DNA of 54,087 bases from a virus (lineage: Duplodnaviria > Caudoviricetes). The DNA lies in IMG/VR virus record IMGVR_UViG_3300046777_000758, positions 1 through 54,087 of that record. One strand, written 5' to 3'. How positions within the stretch are numbered: position 1 is the stretch's first letter; each line of letters opens with the position of its first letter. This document shows positions 26,294 through 36,600 of this stretch, piece by piece. The translations under genes were made by a program, and so were the position numbers. Under the pieces are notes generated by a model, which saw only the letters and a list, made by a program, of their open reading frames with translations, did no database searches and was not told the DNA's origin.

Positions 26294-26980
26294 TTATGCA
26301 ATTCCACCGATATCTTCAATATAAAATTGCATTTGTCCACTTGAACCAAGAACAGTCCAACCAGTTGAGTTTGTCATATTACCAGAAGGGCCAACAGTTC
26401 TTTGTAATTCAACAAAATAACTACCATTTACCACTTGTGAGTCACCTTGAAAAACATAAGAATATGTTCCAGCTCCAAAAATAATTTCAGGTCTTATACC
26501 TAATGAATCTACTTGATCATATGTTAAATCAGTTGTAGGTTTAGCAGCTACGCTATAAAAAGCTCCTATTCCAGAACTTAAAACAAACTGAGAAACAATC
26601 GACCCTGCATTTGCAGTATTGCCTGTTCTAAATTTTATATAATAAGTACTATCTTCACCACCTGCATCTAGCTGCATAATACCAGGACATACAAATGTTA
26701 GTCTGTAATACCTAGATGAATCAAGTGTTACTCTATTATCGTAAGCTGTATTACCTGATGTTTCCTGAGTAAGAGCGATTATTTTTGTGTTAGAAAATAT
26801 TGCGCCTACGCCATTACTTACATCACCAACGCCAGTTCTAATTCTTAGAATTCCATTTGGTTTATCACTGCTAACAATTTTTACTTGGTCAATGTTTGTT
26901 GACATTTGATTAAGACGAACACTTGTAATCGGGGTTGTATCCGACCATGAAACAATTGAGTAGTTAGTATATTCAGCCAT
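26294..26980 (-). CDS. Putative virion/tail-tip protein
   Basis: Beta-rich; N-terminal W...TPITS.RLN.M...I motif; lies at the end of the tail module. Confidence 0.6.
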   Translation of the reverse strand: MAEYTNYSIVSWSDTTPITSVRLNQMSTNIDQVKIVSSDKPNGILRIRTGVGDVSNGVGAIFSNTKIIALTQETSGNTAYDNRVTLDSSRYYRLTFVCPGIMQLDAGGEDSTYYIKFRTGNTANAGSIVSQFVLSSGIGAFYSVAAKPTTDLTYDQVDSLGIRPEIIFGAGTYSYVFQGDSQVVNGSYFVELQRTVGPSGNMTNSTGWTVLGSSGQMQFYIEDIGGIA

Positions 26981-26989
26981 ATCTATCTA

Positions 26990-28285
26990 TTATACATCCT
27001 CTAGAGCCTGTAATCTAGCCTCTAAAGCGTCTATTTTAGTCATCAACATTTTAATACCAGCAGTCAAAATAGGTGTTATTTTTGAATAATCAACTTGCTG
27101 ATGTTTTGGAGTACCATCTTCATTTATTCCATCCTTTTCACCAGATACTGCATATGGAATAATTTCCTGAATTTCGTGAGCAATAAAACCATGCGACCAT
27201 TGATCAGGGTCAGATACCCAATTAAATTTAACTGGTTTTAACTTATTCAAAATTTCTTCTATATTTGAAATAATTTCAATATTTGTTTTTAATCTATAAT
27301 CAGAACCTGTATTGTAAGCTACTGCTGTATTTGATACAGTAATACTTGCAATTGTAGAACCTTTTCTTCTAAAAGTAAGAACATCCTGTGCAACATTATT
27401 ATTTGTAGTTTCATTTAAAACAAGACATGAACCCGGTCTAGTAAATGTTGCAAATCCAGAATTTGATAACCAACCTCCAGATGAATTAGCACCACCAGTT
27501 GATTGGTTTTCGCTAGTGCCAATACCAGCACTTGTAGTAACAAAAAGTTGATCAATGTTTGCTTCACCTGTAATATTTAAATAACTAGACAAGACACCAG
27601 AAGCTTCTAGAGATGTGGTTTTATTTGCTCCATCAATGTCACTTGTTAATGTAATTCCATTAGAATCAATTAACACATCATAATAATAATCAGGAGTAAG
27701 AAAACCAGCAGGGGTATATGTATGCAGGTTCATCACTCCATTGCTATAGAGTGATGAATAATTGGCATTAAGAGTTGGAGTTTGTCCAGCATATATAGCA
27801 GTATTGCTTAATGTCCATCCTGCAATTGTTCCAGTGTTTGAAACAATTGTTCCTCGCACTGTTGCATTCCCAAATTCTGCAAACCCATTTGAATGGATTG
27901 ACCATCCAGATGTATTTGCTACATAGTTATTACTACTAATAACATTATTAATTAATACAATATTTGCAGACAATTCTTTTGCAGTAATTGTATTTGAAGC
28001 AATCTCATTTGCCGTAATAGCATTAGCCTGTATTCGAATGCCTCTAGGATTTAGCACCCTGTCTTCAATAGCGTCAACTATAAAACTTTTAAGACTTTCA
28101 AGGTTTCTTTCCTGCATATTTCTTCTTACAGAACCCGGAGAGCCTAGCGGATACACAACAAAATCTGACATTGAGTACTTTGTATAATCAATTAATGAAG
28201 ATGTAAGGCCATCATGTTTATGACCGATATCTCTTTTAAAAATAACTTGATTTTCATTAATATTAATCTTTGGATCAATTGCCAT
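26990..28285 (-). CDS. Tail fibre/spike with C-terminal intramolecular chaperone (peptidase S74)
   Basis: SDYRLKTNI, GFIAHE.Q..P.AV, VDYSK..P.L and terminal coiled coil; start set to MAIDPK at 28285 (TAATG coupling). Confidence 0.85.
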   Translation of the reverse strand: MAIDPKININENQVIFKRDIGHKHDGLTSSLIDYTKYSMSDFVVYPLGSPGSVRRNMQERNLESLKSFIVDAIEDRVLNPRGIRIQANAITANEIASNTITAKELSANIVLINNVISSNNYVANTSGWSIHSNGFAEFGNATVRGTIVSNTGTIAGWTLSNTAIYAGQTPTLNANYSSLYSNGVMNLHTYTPAGFLTPDYYYDVLIDSNGITLTSDIDGANKTTSLEASGVLSSYLNITGEANIDQLFVTTSAGIGTSENQSTGGANSSGGWLSNSGFATFTRPGSCLVLNETTNNNVAQDVLTFRRKGSTIASITVSNTAVAYNTGSDYRLKTNIEIISNIEEILNKLKPVKFNWVSDPDQWSHGFIAHEIQEIIPYAVSGEKDGINEDGTPKHQQVDYSKITPILTAGIKMLMTKIDALEARLQALEDV

Positions 28286-31200
28286 TAAACCACCTTCCTT
28301 AATGTAAGACTCTGAGTTAACGTATCTCCATACCCAAATTCTTGAGATATAACCCAATAATCCTGATTTGTAATATCAAAAGCATCAAAAGACGATATTC
28401 TAATTCTATCACCTAATTGAATTTTTGGTACACACATTGTATTTATTGTAATAATTGGAACAGGTTCACTCATTTTTTCAATTATAAAAGAAGCAAGTTG
28501 TTGAGCATGTTCTTCTGTTGTAATATATGGGCTTTCAATTACTAATTCTTTTAATCCATATTTACGAACATTTTCTGATATTGATTCCTTTTTCTCAGTT
28601 ATCTGTGCATTATTTAATGTTGCAACTACTGGCACTCCATAAATTGCAAAAGAAGATTCTATATTTGATCTAGGATCTTCGCCCTGAACATATATGTGAC
28701 TATCGTATGCAACATTAGAAGAAGCAGCAATTATTAATCTTGCTGTATATGGGTTGCTTTCAAATTTAACAATATCAATTGTATTAGGTTCATCATCAAC
28801 AATGCCTGTTGCTATTGGGAACAGTACTGTAGCAGCTGGTTTTTTATCATATGTAACTTCATAATATCTAGCCTCTCTAATTTTTGTATTATTAGCCGCA
28901 ACATTTCCAAGAATTGGAGTTCCAAACTTTCCTCTCTCAACATTCAAGAAGTAGTTTTCACTCTTAGAACCATATCTGACGATTTCAGTTTGATCATCTT
29001 TTGTAAAAGCAAGATAACCAACATTAGGAAAAACAGGGTTGCTAGTTGTTGATACATGAATTCCTGTATCTGAAGTTAGGATATTTGTTACAAGTCTTAC
29101 AACGCCTAAAGTAGTTTTATCGTTCAATGACCATAAAATTTCTGAATCATTAGAAAGCTTGCTAACCGATGATATTTTGACAACAACCTTATTTGTCTGT
29201 AATTGAACATTCAAATTTCCGTCAACAATGTTAGTTGAATCACTAAAAGTATATTGAATATTAGCATGCTGATCTATTGTAGTTTCAAAAAATCTATTAT
29301 AATGCTCATACCTTGCGTAACTTTCTTCATCAATATAAAACCTTCCTAAATCTGCTAATGTAATTTCATCAATAGCACCTCGAATATGTTCTTGCTCTGA
29401 ATAAATAAATGGGAATGTAGCAGTATATGCTATTTTTGAAGATATATATCGCTCTTTAATTTCATCATTTGTTAAACAATTTTTATATATGGCAAACTCA
29501 TCAATAATAAATTCCCTAGTTGTAGAAGGGGCATTTTCTGTACCAGCACTAAATGATGCACCCCTTCCTCCAATCGTCAAATCAGATGAATTTAGAACGA
29601 CATTACCATTTACAGTATCAGTATCTTTTAAATCTCCATTTATATAATATGACAAAAGATTTGTATTTGCATTATAAGTTACTGCAATATAATAAAATTC
29701 AGACTGAAGCAAGTCTGTTGTGTCCGAAACAGATGCAGTTGTTGTTGTAGGGCCTGTGGTTTTTATCTTAAAACCATGACTTGAATTGTCGTTATAAAAA
29801 AATTCAAAACCATTTGCTGGGTTACTATTTGCCCATGATGATAGGTACTCTCCATCGCCAGTTGAGAAATGACCATCATTAAATTTAGCAACTAATTCAA
29901 TTGTAAAATCTTCTTCAGTTATGGCTATTGAATTATGATTTGGAACTCTTATATATGCACCATCAATCAATAAAATTCCCTTATTGCCATCTCCAGATTG
30001 AATTTCACTTGAATAATTCAATTGAGCATTAGCCTGTATAAAAGCATCGTTTTGATGGTGATTTTCTGCTATATCATCTCTAGAATATGAAGATGGTACA
30101 GTACCAGTTAAGTTTCTTGAACCCAAGCCATCTCTTGCGACAACAGATCTAAAACGAGATGCCGGTAACAGTGTCTTTGTTGCAGAAATAAGACTATGAA
30201 GACTAATTGAAAAATTAGCATCTCCATAACCATGAAAAAATTCAATCCTCAGCCTGTATGGATTACCTGCAATCAGCGTAAGAGGAATTGACTCAATTGA
30301 TACCGATACATTTTCTTTATTAGATTCACCAATCAAAAGGTCATCAAGATATATTCTTCCACCGCCATAAGCAATATCTAAAACCAATTTTTGAGAACCA
30401 TTATTTACCGGAAAATAGTAGCCATCTATGACTCCATTAAAATACTTTGTATACGTAACTGAGTTAAGTGTGCTTTCAAAAATATAATTAACTAAATTAA
30501 CACCATATTTAATAGGAGATAAGATGTCAGTATTATCTGGAATGCTAACATCTGCTGAGTTAACTATTTTATCGGGAGCAGCATAGATAGCTTCACCTTT
30601 AATTCTTTCTTCAACTGATATATTCTTTTCAAGAACATCTGCTTTAATTGTTTTATAATTATATTCAGAGCCAGCTCTGGCACCCCAAAATCTTGCTCGT
30701 AATCCCGGCTCTAATGTTGTTGCTACACCATTTCTGTCAATTGAGTCTTCGCTGAATGAATACCTCAGAACTCCGCCAAGTTGAGATACACCTTTGCTAT
30801 ATGGAAGATTATGTATAAAGTCTGCTTTGGGAAAGTTTCTTCTCATCAAAAGATTCTGAACTGCTTCACTCATCACTTTATTTTCAAGAAGGAAGCCATT
30901 AGTCAACTTCTTTTCAGTTAAGAACTTAGACCAATCACTTGCTTGCATTGTGACGGTCATAGAACCTGTATCAGCAGTCCATTCATCAACATAGAATGTT
31001 CCCATTGCTACATATTCATATGGATCAAAATGAATTAAAGAACCAGCGGTATGAGTGTTTGCATCTGTTTGCTGAACACCTCTTTCTGTAACACTTAATG
31101 TATTTGTAGAAGTTACGGCATTACATAGAATAATTTCTCTGTTCTCTTTGTCTGGGTTTATTGTAATAATAAAATTATTACCAGAACCTCCAGATGGAAA

Positions 31201-32220
31201 AATATCCGAATTCATTACTGAGATTGTGTTTGCAGAATTGCTTAAATTTGATCTCAGTGTCGTTGTTAAAAGAGTGTCATTTGTTTTTTTAATTCTCCAT
31301 CCAGTTGAAACAGTAACTTTCAAGTCTTTCTTCATATATTTTCCATATGTAGAAGAATTGTTAAAAACACTCCAGTCTTTATTGGCATTATCCAATTTTA
31401 TTGTAATTTTAGGTGTCTGAGTACCACCGATAGGAAGACTGCTTTCATGCACATCCCTCGCTCTTGACACAGAGTAATCAATTACATAATCAGTTATATC
31501 GACTTCAAAGATTGGAGAGACTTCATGTATTCTTGCATAATCTAAACCATTTTTTGTTGAAATTATTGTTAATTCAACTCTTGTTGCAAGATAGTTTGAA
31601 GATATGGCATTAACGCTATTTAGATATATGTCTTTATAATAATCATCATCTTCAAATACAACTGTTTGATCAAGAATATCAACTAATGATGAATTTTTAA
31701 CTTTTATTCTAAAAGATTTAACTTGACCATAATACTCAGAAGTAGTTACTCTAATCTTATTAACTTTTCTTTCTTCAAATGCATATGTTATAACTGGGGA
31801 TGACGCAAAGACACCGTTTGCTTGACTTCTTGTTTTAGACCACCACCCAAATTCATAATCTCCATCAAGATTATTATCGGTATCAAGAGTTGTTGGCATA
31901 CAATGCCAACTTCCATCTGCTGTAATAATTTTCCCTTTTTTATCTAAGGCATCAGTTACAGCCCATGTAAAAGACTCTCTTTCATAGCCGTTAATGATTT
32001 GTTGCTCTGAGAAGTAGTAGCCAATTGAGCCTTCTGATTTTACAATATGAGCATCAGAGTTAGTAATATTTGCATTAGCAGTTAAAACATTTGCAAGAGT
32101 AATGTGACGACTATCTAATAAGTCAATAATAACCTTTGGTTTAACATTTTGGGCAGGAGATTGTATAGCAGAATTAAAATAATTTGATAAATTTGCTCCA
32201 TATGTATTCTTTGTTAACAT
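28285..32220 (-). CDS. Large tail tip/hub protein with LamG-like and PA14-like inserts
   Basis: Position after the TMP; FTIE...YYIAVTY....YING...IDEFAIY (LamG-like); Y.LRIEFF.G.G (PA14-like). Confidence 0.75.
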   Translation of the reverse strand: MLTKNTYGANLSNYFNSAIQSPAQNVKPKVIIDLLDSRHITLANVLTANANITNSDAHIVKSEGSIGYYFSEQQIINGYERESFTWAVTDALDKKGKIITADGSWHCMPTTLDTDNNLDGDYEFGWWSKTRSQANGVFASSPVITYAFEERKVNKIRVTTSEYYGQVKSFRIKVKNSSLVDILDQTVVFEDDDYYKDIYLNSVNAISSNYLATRVELTIISTKNGLDYARIHEVSPIFEVDITDYVIDYSVSRARDVHESSLPIGGTQTPKITIKLDNANKDWSVFNNSSTYGKYMKKDLKVTVSTGWRIKKTNDTLLTTTLRSNLSNSANTISVMNSDIFPSGGSGNNFIITINPDKENREIILCNAVTSTNTLSVTERGVQQTDANTHTAGSLIHFDPYEYVAMGTFYVDEWTADTGSMTVTMQASDWSKFLTEKKLTNGFLLENKVMSEAVQNLLMRRNFPKADFIHNLPYSKGVSQLGGVLRYSFSEDSIDRNGVATTLEPGLRARFWGARAGSEYNYKTIKADVLEKNISVEERIKGEAIYAAPDKIVNSADVSIPDNTDILSPIKYGVNLVNYIFESTLNSVTYTKYFNGVIDGYYFPVNNGSQKLVLDIAYGGGRIYLDDLLIGESNKENVSVSIESIPLTLIAGNPYRLRIEFFHGYGDANFSISLHSLISATKTLLPASRFRSVVARDGLGSRNLTGTVPSSYSRDDIAENHHQNDAFIQANAQLNYSSEIQSGDGNKGILLIDGAYIRVPNHNSIAITEEDFTIELVAKFNDGHFSTGDGEYLSSWANSNPANGFEFFYNDNSSHGFKIKTTGPTTTTASVSDTTDLLQSEFYYIAVTYNANTNLLSYYINGDLKDTDTVNGNVVLNSSDLTIGGRGASFSAGTENAPSTTREFIIDEFAIYKNCLTNDEIKERYISSKIAYTATFPFIYSEQEHIRGAIDEITLADLGRFYIDEESYARYEHYNRFFETTIDQHANIQYTFSDSTNIVDGNLNVQLQTNKVVVKISSVSKLSNDSEILWSLNDKTTLGVVRLVTNILTSDTGIHVSTTSNPVFPNVGYLAFTKDDQTEIVRYGSKSENYFLNVERGKFGTPILGNVAANNTKIREARYYEVTYDKKPAATVLFPIATGIVDDEPNTIDIVKFESNPYTARLIIAASSNVAYDSHIYVQGEDPRSNIESSFAIYGVPVVATLNNAQITEKKESISENVRKYGLKELVIESPYITTEEHAQQLASFIIEKMSEPVPIITINTMCVPKIQLGDRIRISSFDAFDITNQDYWVISQEFGYGDTLTQSLTLRKVV

Positions 32221-33209
32221 TATGCCTCTTCCAAACTTAAATTAAGTTGATACAAGTATACATCTTCCGAAAGGTATCTTCTTGACAAAGTTTCGCTATA
32301 TGTAGTGACAAATACAGTATATGTTGTTTCTGTATATGGGGTTGTGCCCGAAGCATCTAAATTTATGACTTTTAATTCATGTGCATCAGGATCTTCAGCA
32401 ATTGAACTTATGTAATCCCTGCCATGTCTAGAGTCTACGGTATCCTCCATTGCATTTGGAACATTGGCCCAGTTTATTGTAAAGTTTTTTCTACCCGAAC
32501 TTGTTGCTCTTTTATAATATCTACTTTTACGATTATTCCAATTTGAAGACTCTACAAAAACCGGTGACAAAGACTCTTCAAATGTTCTGCCATGATCTGT
32601 TAATGGTTTGCCATCAAGAATAAGAAGTGTTCTATGCGATGATGAATCAATGTATGAAGGGGAAAATCTAATTGGGGCATTTATAATTACTCTAGACTGT
32701 ATAGAGACTTGTTGTCTCATGTAACTAATCAACGTTGAATGAAAAGCAGGAATTGCAGTAATATTAGATGATGCAGATGCTTTAGCAATCTTTTTTGATG
32801 TTGGAGTTACAGTTGTTACAATATCAGCAAATGCAATAGCTGATGTAGTCTTTTTAACTGATACAGAGATATTTGAAGATACTGATACTGATGCAGAAGC
32901 GCTTGTTATTTTTTGAGTGCTTACTGATATTGTTGAAGTAACATTTACAACTGATAATACATGTAGAATCTCTGAGGGTATTGACTCAGATATTAATTCA
33001 ATTTGAATTTCAGATGCTGCTCCTATAACCTCTATTGCAGTGACACTATTAGAAGAACTTATTGAAATTGATGAAGATGCAGTAGCAACCCTAACTGCCG
33101 ATGTTGTTACATCAGAATTTATAGAGACTGTTGATTGAGCATTGGTTTGACCAATATAAAAGTCAATATCACTAAGTTTCGGACCTATCTCATAGTATTC
33201 ATCAGCCAT
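32220..33209 (-). CDS. Minor tail protein (Ser/Thr/Ala-rich N-terminus, distal-tail-like C-terminal domain)
   Basis: Position in the tail module; C-terminal about 140 aa resemble the product of 33209-33628. Confidence 0.65.
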   Translation of the reverse strand: MADEYYEIGPKLSDIDFYIGQTNAQSTVSINSDVTTSAVRVATASSSISISSSNSVTAIEVIGAASEIQIELISESIPSEILHVLSVVNVTSTISVSTQKITSASASVSVSSNISVSVKKTTSAIAFADIVTTVTPTSKKIAKASASSNITAIPAFHSTLISYMRQQVSIQSRVIINAPIRFSPSYIDSSSHRTLLILDGKPLTDHGRTFEESLSPVFVESSNWNNRKSRYYKRATSSGRKNFTINWANVPNAMEDTVDSRHGRDYISSIAEDPDAHELKVINLDASGTTPYTETTYTVFVTTYSETLSRRYLSEDVYLYQLNLSLEEA

Positions 33210-33628
33210 TATTGCTCACCAATATCTATTGTAACATCATAATATGAACAAGAATTTTCAATATCCCTTCTGACTAATTTCTCTGTATAAGAGTTAACAA
33301 AGCATGTATATGTCTCAAAATCATCTATCGGAGATAGTTTTATAGAAACTGTTACTGTACCTCTTGTGTTTGAGATAGACTTTAGAAAATCTCTTCCCGC
33401 CCTACCGTCAACAGTTTTATCTGTTCCATTTGGCAAATAGGTAAAGCTAAGTTTAAATGTCTTTTTATTCTTTTTAATATATCTTCTATTAATACCACGT
33501 GATAACTCAATAGATGAGCCAGATTGCTGTGTTTCAGTTACAATTTTACGATTATGCTCAGTTATCTGAGTGCCATTAATTGATAGAAGATGTGTCAATC
33601 CTGTTTGCTGGTTTTGTATTGCTGGCAT
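33209..33628 (-). CDS. Distal-tail-like minor tail protein
   Basis: First gene after the TMP; 139 aa, beta-rich. Confidence 0.68.
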   Translation of the reverse strand: MPAIQNQQTGLTHLLSINGTQITEHNRKIVTETQQSGSSIELSRGINRRYIKKNKKTFKLSFTYLPNGTDKTVDGRAGRDFLKSISNTRGTVTVSIKLSPIDDFETYTCFVNSYTEKLVRRDIENSCSYYDVTIDIGEQ

Positions 33629-36600
33629 TATAGACCTCTGTTAATTCCTCTATATGTTGAGATTGTTGTATTGTTCAATCCAGCAGCCTTTTGATTTTGC
33701 GGGGCTACATTAATATTATAGTCTTTCATCATTGACTCAAACCAAGCCTTTTCACCAATAAAGTTGTCAACATAAATGTGAACGGTTGATGTTGAAGAAG
33801 ATTGAGGCTGAACTGGGCCGGAATAACTTGGCGACTTAGGAGCATTGAATCTCATTTGATTGAGGGCTTCAAGAGCAGAAAGACCCAAGTTCTTAACAGC
33901 GCTAGAGTTAATTACATACTCTCCACCGTGAAGCATTGCTGGAACGCCTTGTGAAGCGAATGCGCTGACGAAACCACCGTTAGCAAAACCTCTGATTAAA
34001 CCGCCATTAAAGTTTCCTCTTGGCGGTCTGATTGGATATGAATCTGGTAGTCCCAATACAAGATCACGCAATTCAGATTGTTTTGGAATTGGGACACCTT
34101 CTTGATCAAGCAATTGTGACCCCATTGTTTTTCTGGCTTCTTTTAGTGCGTTTGTAATTTTTTCTCTTCCTTTAAAAATTTCAAATCTAAGATTAACATC
34201 ATCGTAAAAATTTGGTATTGAAGCCAAGTCTTCTTCCAAAGCCTCATAAAGATACCCGTGATAGCCAACTGAACTAAAGTCCATCACATTCGCAGAACCT
34301 CCAGTTAAATATTCTTCTAGGGTAGGAACATGAACTTTAATATTGGGGTCTAAAACTTTAAATATTTCATTTAATTTATGACCTAATATAAATGAGTGAG
34401 GTGATGTTGAACCGGGGAATATATTAGTAATTCCTTTAGGTTTTAAAACTTTTTCATAAACATATGCCATTACATTAGTCAAATCAACTGAACCAGGTAT
34501 ATTGTCAGACTTTTTGAGCATATCAACTTTCAATCCGTAACCTTGCTGACTTAACCACCTTGGTAAATCATCAATGCTGAACATAAACTCAACAGTTTGA
34601 CCATAGGAACCGCTATTACCAAGTTTTCTCCACATTTCGACTGTATTACGACCAGAGTCATAAGAAGGAGATCTATGAAACAACTTTGATTCATCTTTCA
34701 TAATTTTTCCAATTACTGATTGACTAAGACCTTGTTTTGGATTATAGAGTCTTGCTTTTCTAATTGCTTGAGAAATTTGAATATTTTCAAGAATAGTTGA
34801 TCTCATCTTATTTTTAGGAACTTTTCCATTAATAAGACCTGTTAGCAGATATTGATGCATCTTATCAAAATCTAAATGGCTAAAAAATCGAGGAGGAAGA
34901 TTGTCAATATCGTCAAAGAATCCAAAATCAACAAGACCTGATTCCATAAGTTTTCTCTGGAAAACCTCATCTGGCAATCCAAAACTCTTAAACAACCTCT
35001 GAAAGTCTCTATAACCAATTGAAGGAGCGCCGATATTTGATACCCTTCTATAATTACTATTAAGCCTACTAACAATGTCTAATGCAAGATTAAACTGTTC
35101 TAGACTAGTGCCTTTTTCCATTCTGTTTCTTATTAGTCTTGAAACCCTTTCATTATAAAAATCAGGAGATGATGGCAAAAACGAATCCATTGTGCCCCAG
35201 CTACCAAATTCAAGATAATTAGTTCTACCTAGTGAGGCACTTGCCCCAATTTGATTTAATATTTGACCCTGTTCTTGTGAGAATGTTGGAATCAATCCAG
35301 AAGGCATTGGAATTCTTGTACCGGGGAAGAATTGATCAACATTTCTCAATGTAGCAACATCAGTAAGTTTATCAAGATTCTTAAGTGTTTTAATCTTTGA
35401 TGGCATTGTAAGATAGCCAGAGTTTGGTGCAAATACAGTTGTTGGACCAATTAATCCAAGACCGGCAAACAAAGCATTAAGACTTCTATCACCAGTGCTT
35501 CTATTCTTATCCATAGCCTTAGTTGCTGCGAACGCACCACCAACATATGGCAAAAGCATTTCACTAGCAGCTTTTGAATATGCAAAACCAGTTCTATAAG
35601 CTGGATTAGAGAGTGGATCTCTAGGGCTGAATTCCGTTTGTCCACTGTCAAGTTGTTGAGCCGACTTCAAACCAGCAAAGAACCCATTTCCTGAGCCATA
35701 TAGCGCTTCTTGCCCTTTCTTCTTAAAGAAACCACTAATTGATGAAAGGCCTTTTTGGAAAATATTCTTCTTACTATCTTTAATTTTCTGCTGGGCAATG
35801 TAAGTAATGCTTTGAAGATCCCAATTACTATACTTAGATTCAAACTTTCTAAAATCAGCAGCAGATGGTGTCTTAGTATTCTTTTGACCTTTTACAAGAC
35901 CGCCAGTTTCGTAACCTCTAATAAGACCACCATTAAATACTTCATCAAGTGGAATTCTATCTATTATACGGCTAGGAATTGGAGGAGGAGGAAGAACTGA
36001 TTGTGGTGATAAAGATTCATTATGAACAGTTCTCATTGTTCTCATAAAGATAGCGCCAGCAGGTGTTTCTAAGAAACGTCGGAAAGGCCAAGAAAGAAGG
36101 CGAAATGCATTTTCGTCTATGCCTGTTGATGATGCAGCCCTTCCTGCCATCCATTGCAAATCTCTCATATTTCTAGCGTTAGCGCTATAATCTTCATATG
36201 CTTTTTGCCATTCATCTGCTGACTTTGGAACCCTTCCTGCTTTCTTTGCTTCTTTAGATGCTTGCAATAATGATTTTTCACCAGCCTTGACTTTTGCTTT
36301 TGCTAAAATATCTTTTATTCTATTAAAATTGTTCAAAAATATTTCTCTATCCAACTCTGTTTGAAATATCTTTCCACCAGTTAGCATGTTTGGAAATTCT
36401 ATATTGTTTGGCCTCCAATTTGATAATGGAGGTGTGATAACTTGAACTGATGGATCTAGAAATTCCATCATTGCGCTAAGTCTGTCAGAAAGAGCATATG
36501 AATATTTTGAATAGCTCCCATTAGTAACGGTAGTAACATTGTGCTTTTTAATTATATTCATATAAACAAAAGCTAAAAGTTTTGAAACATCAATTTGATT

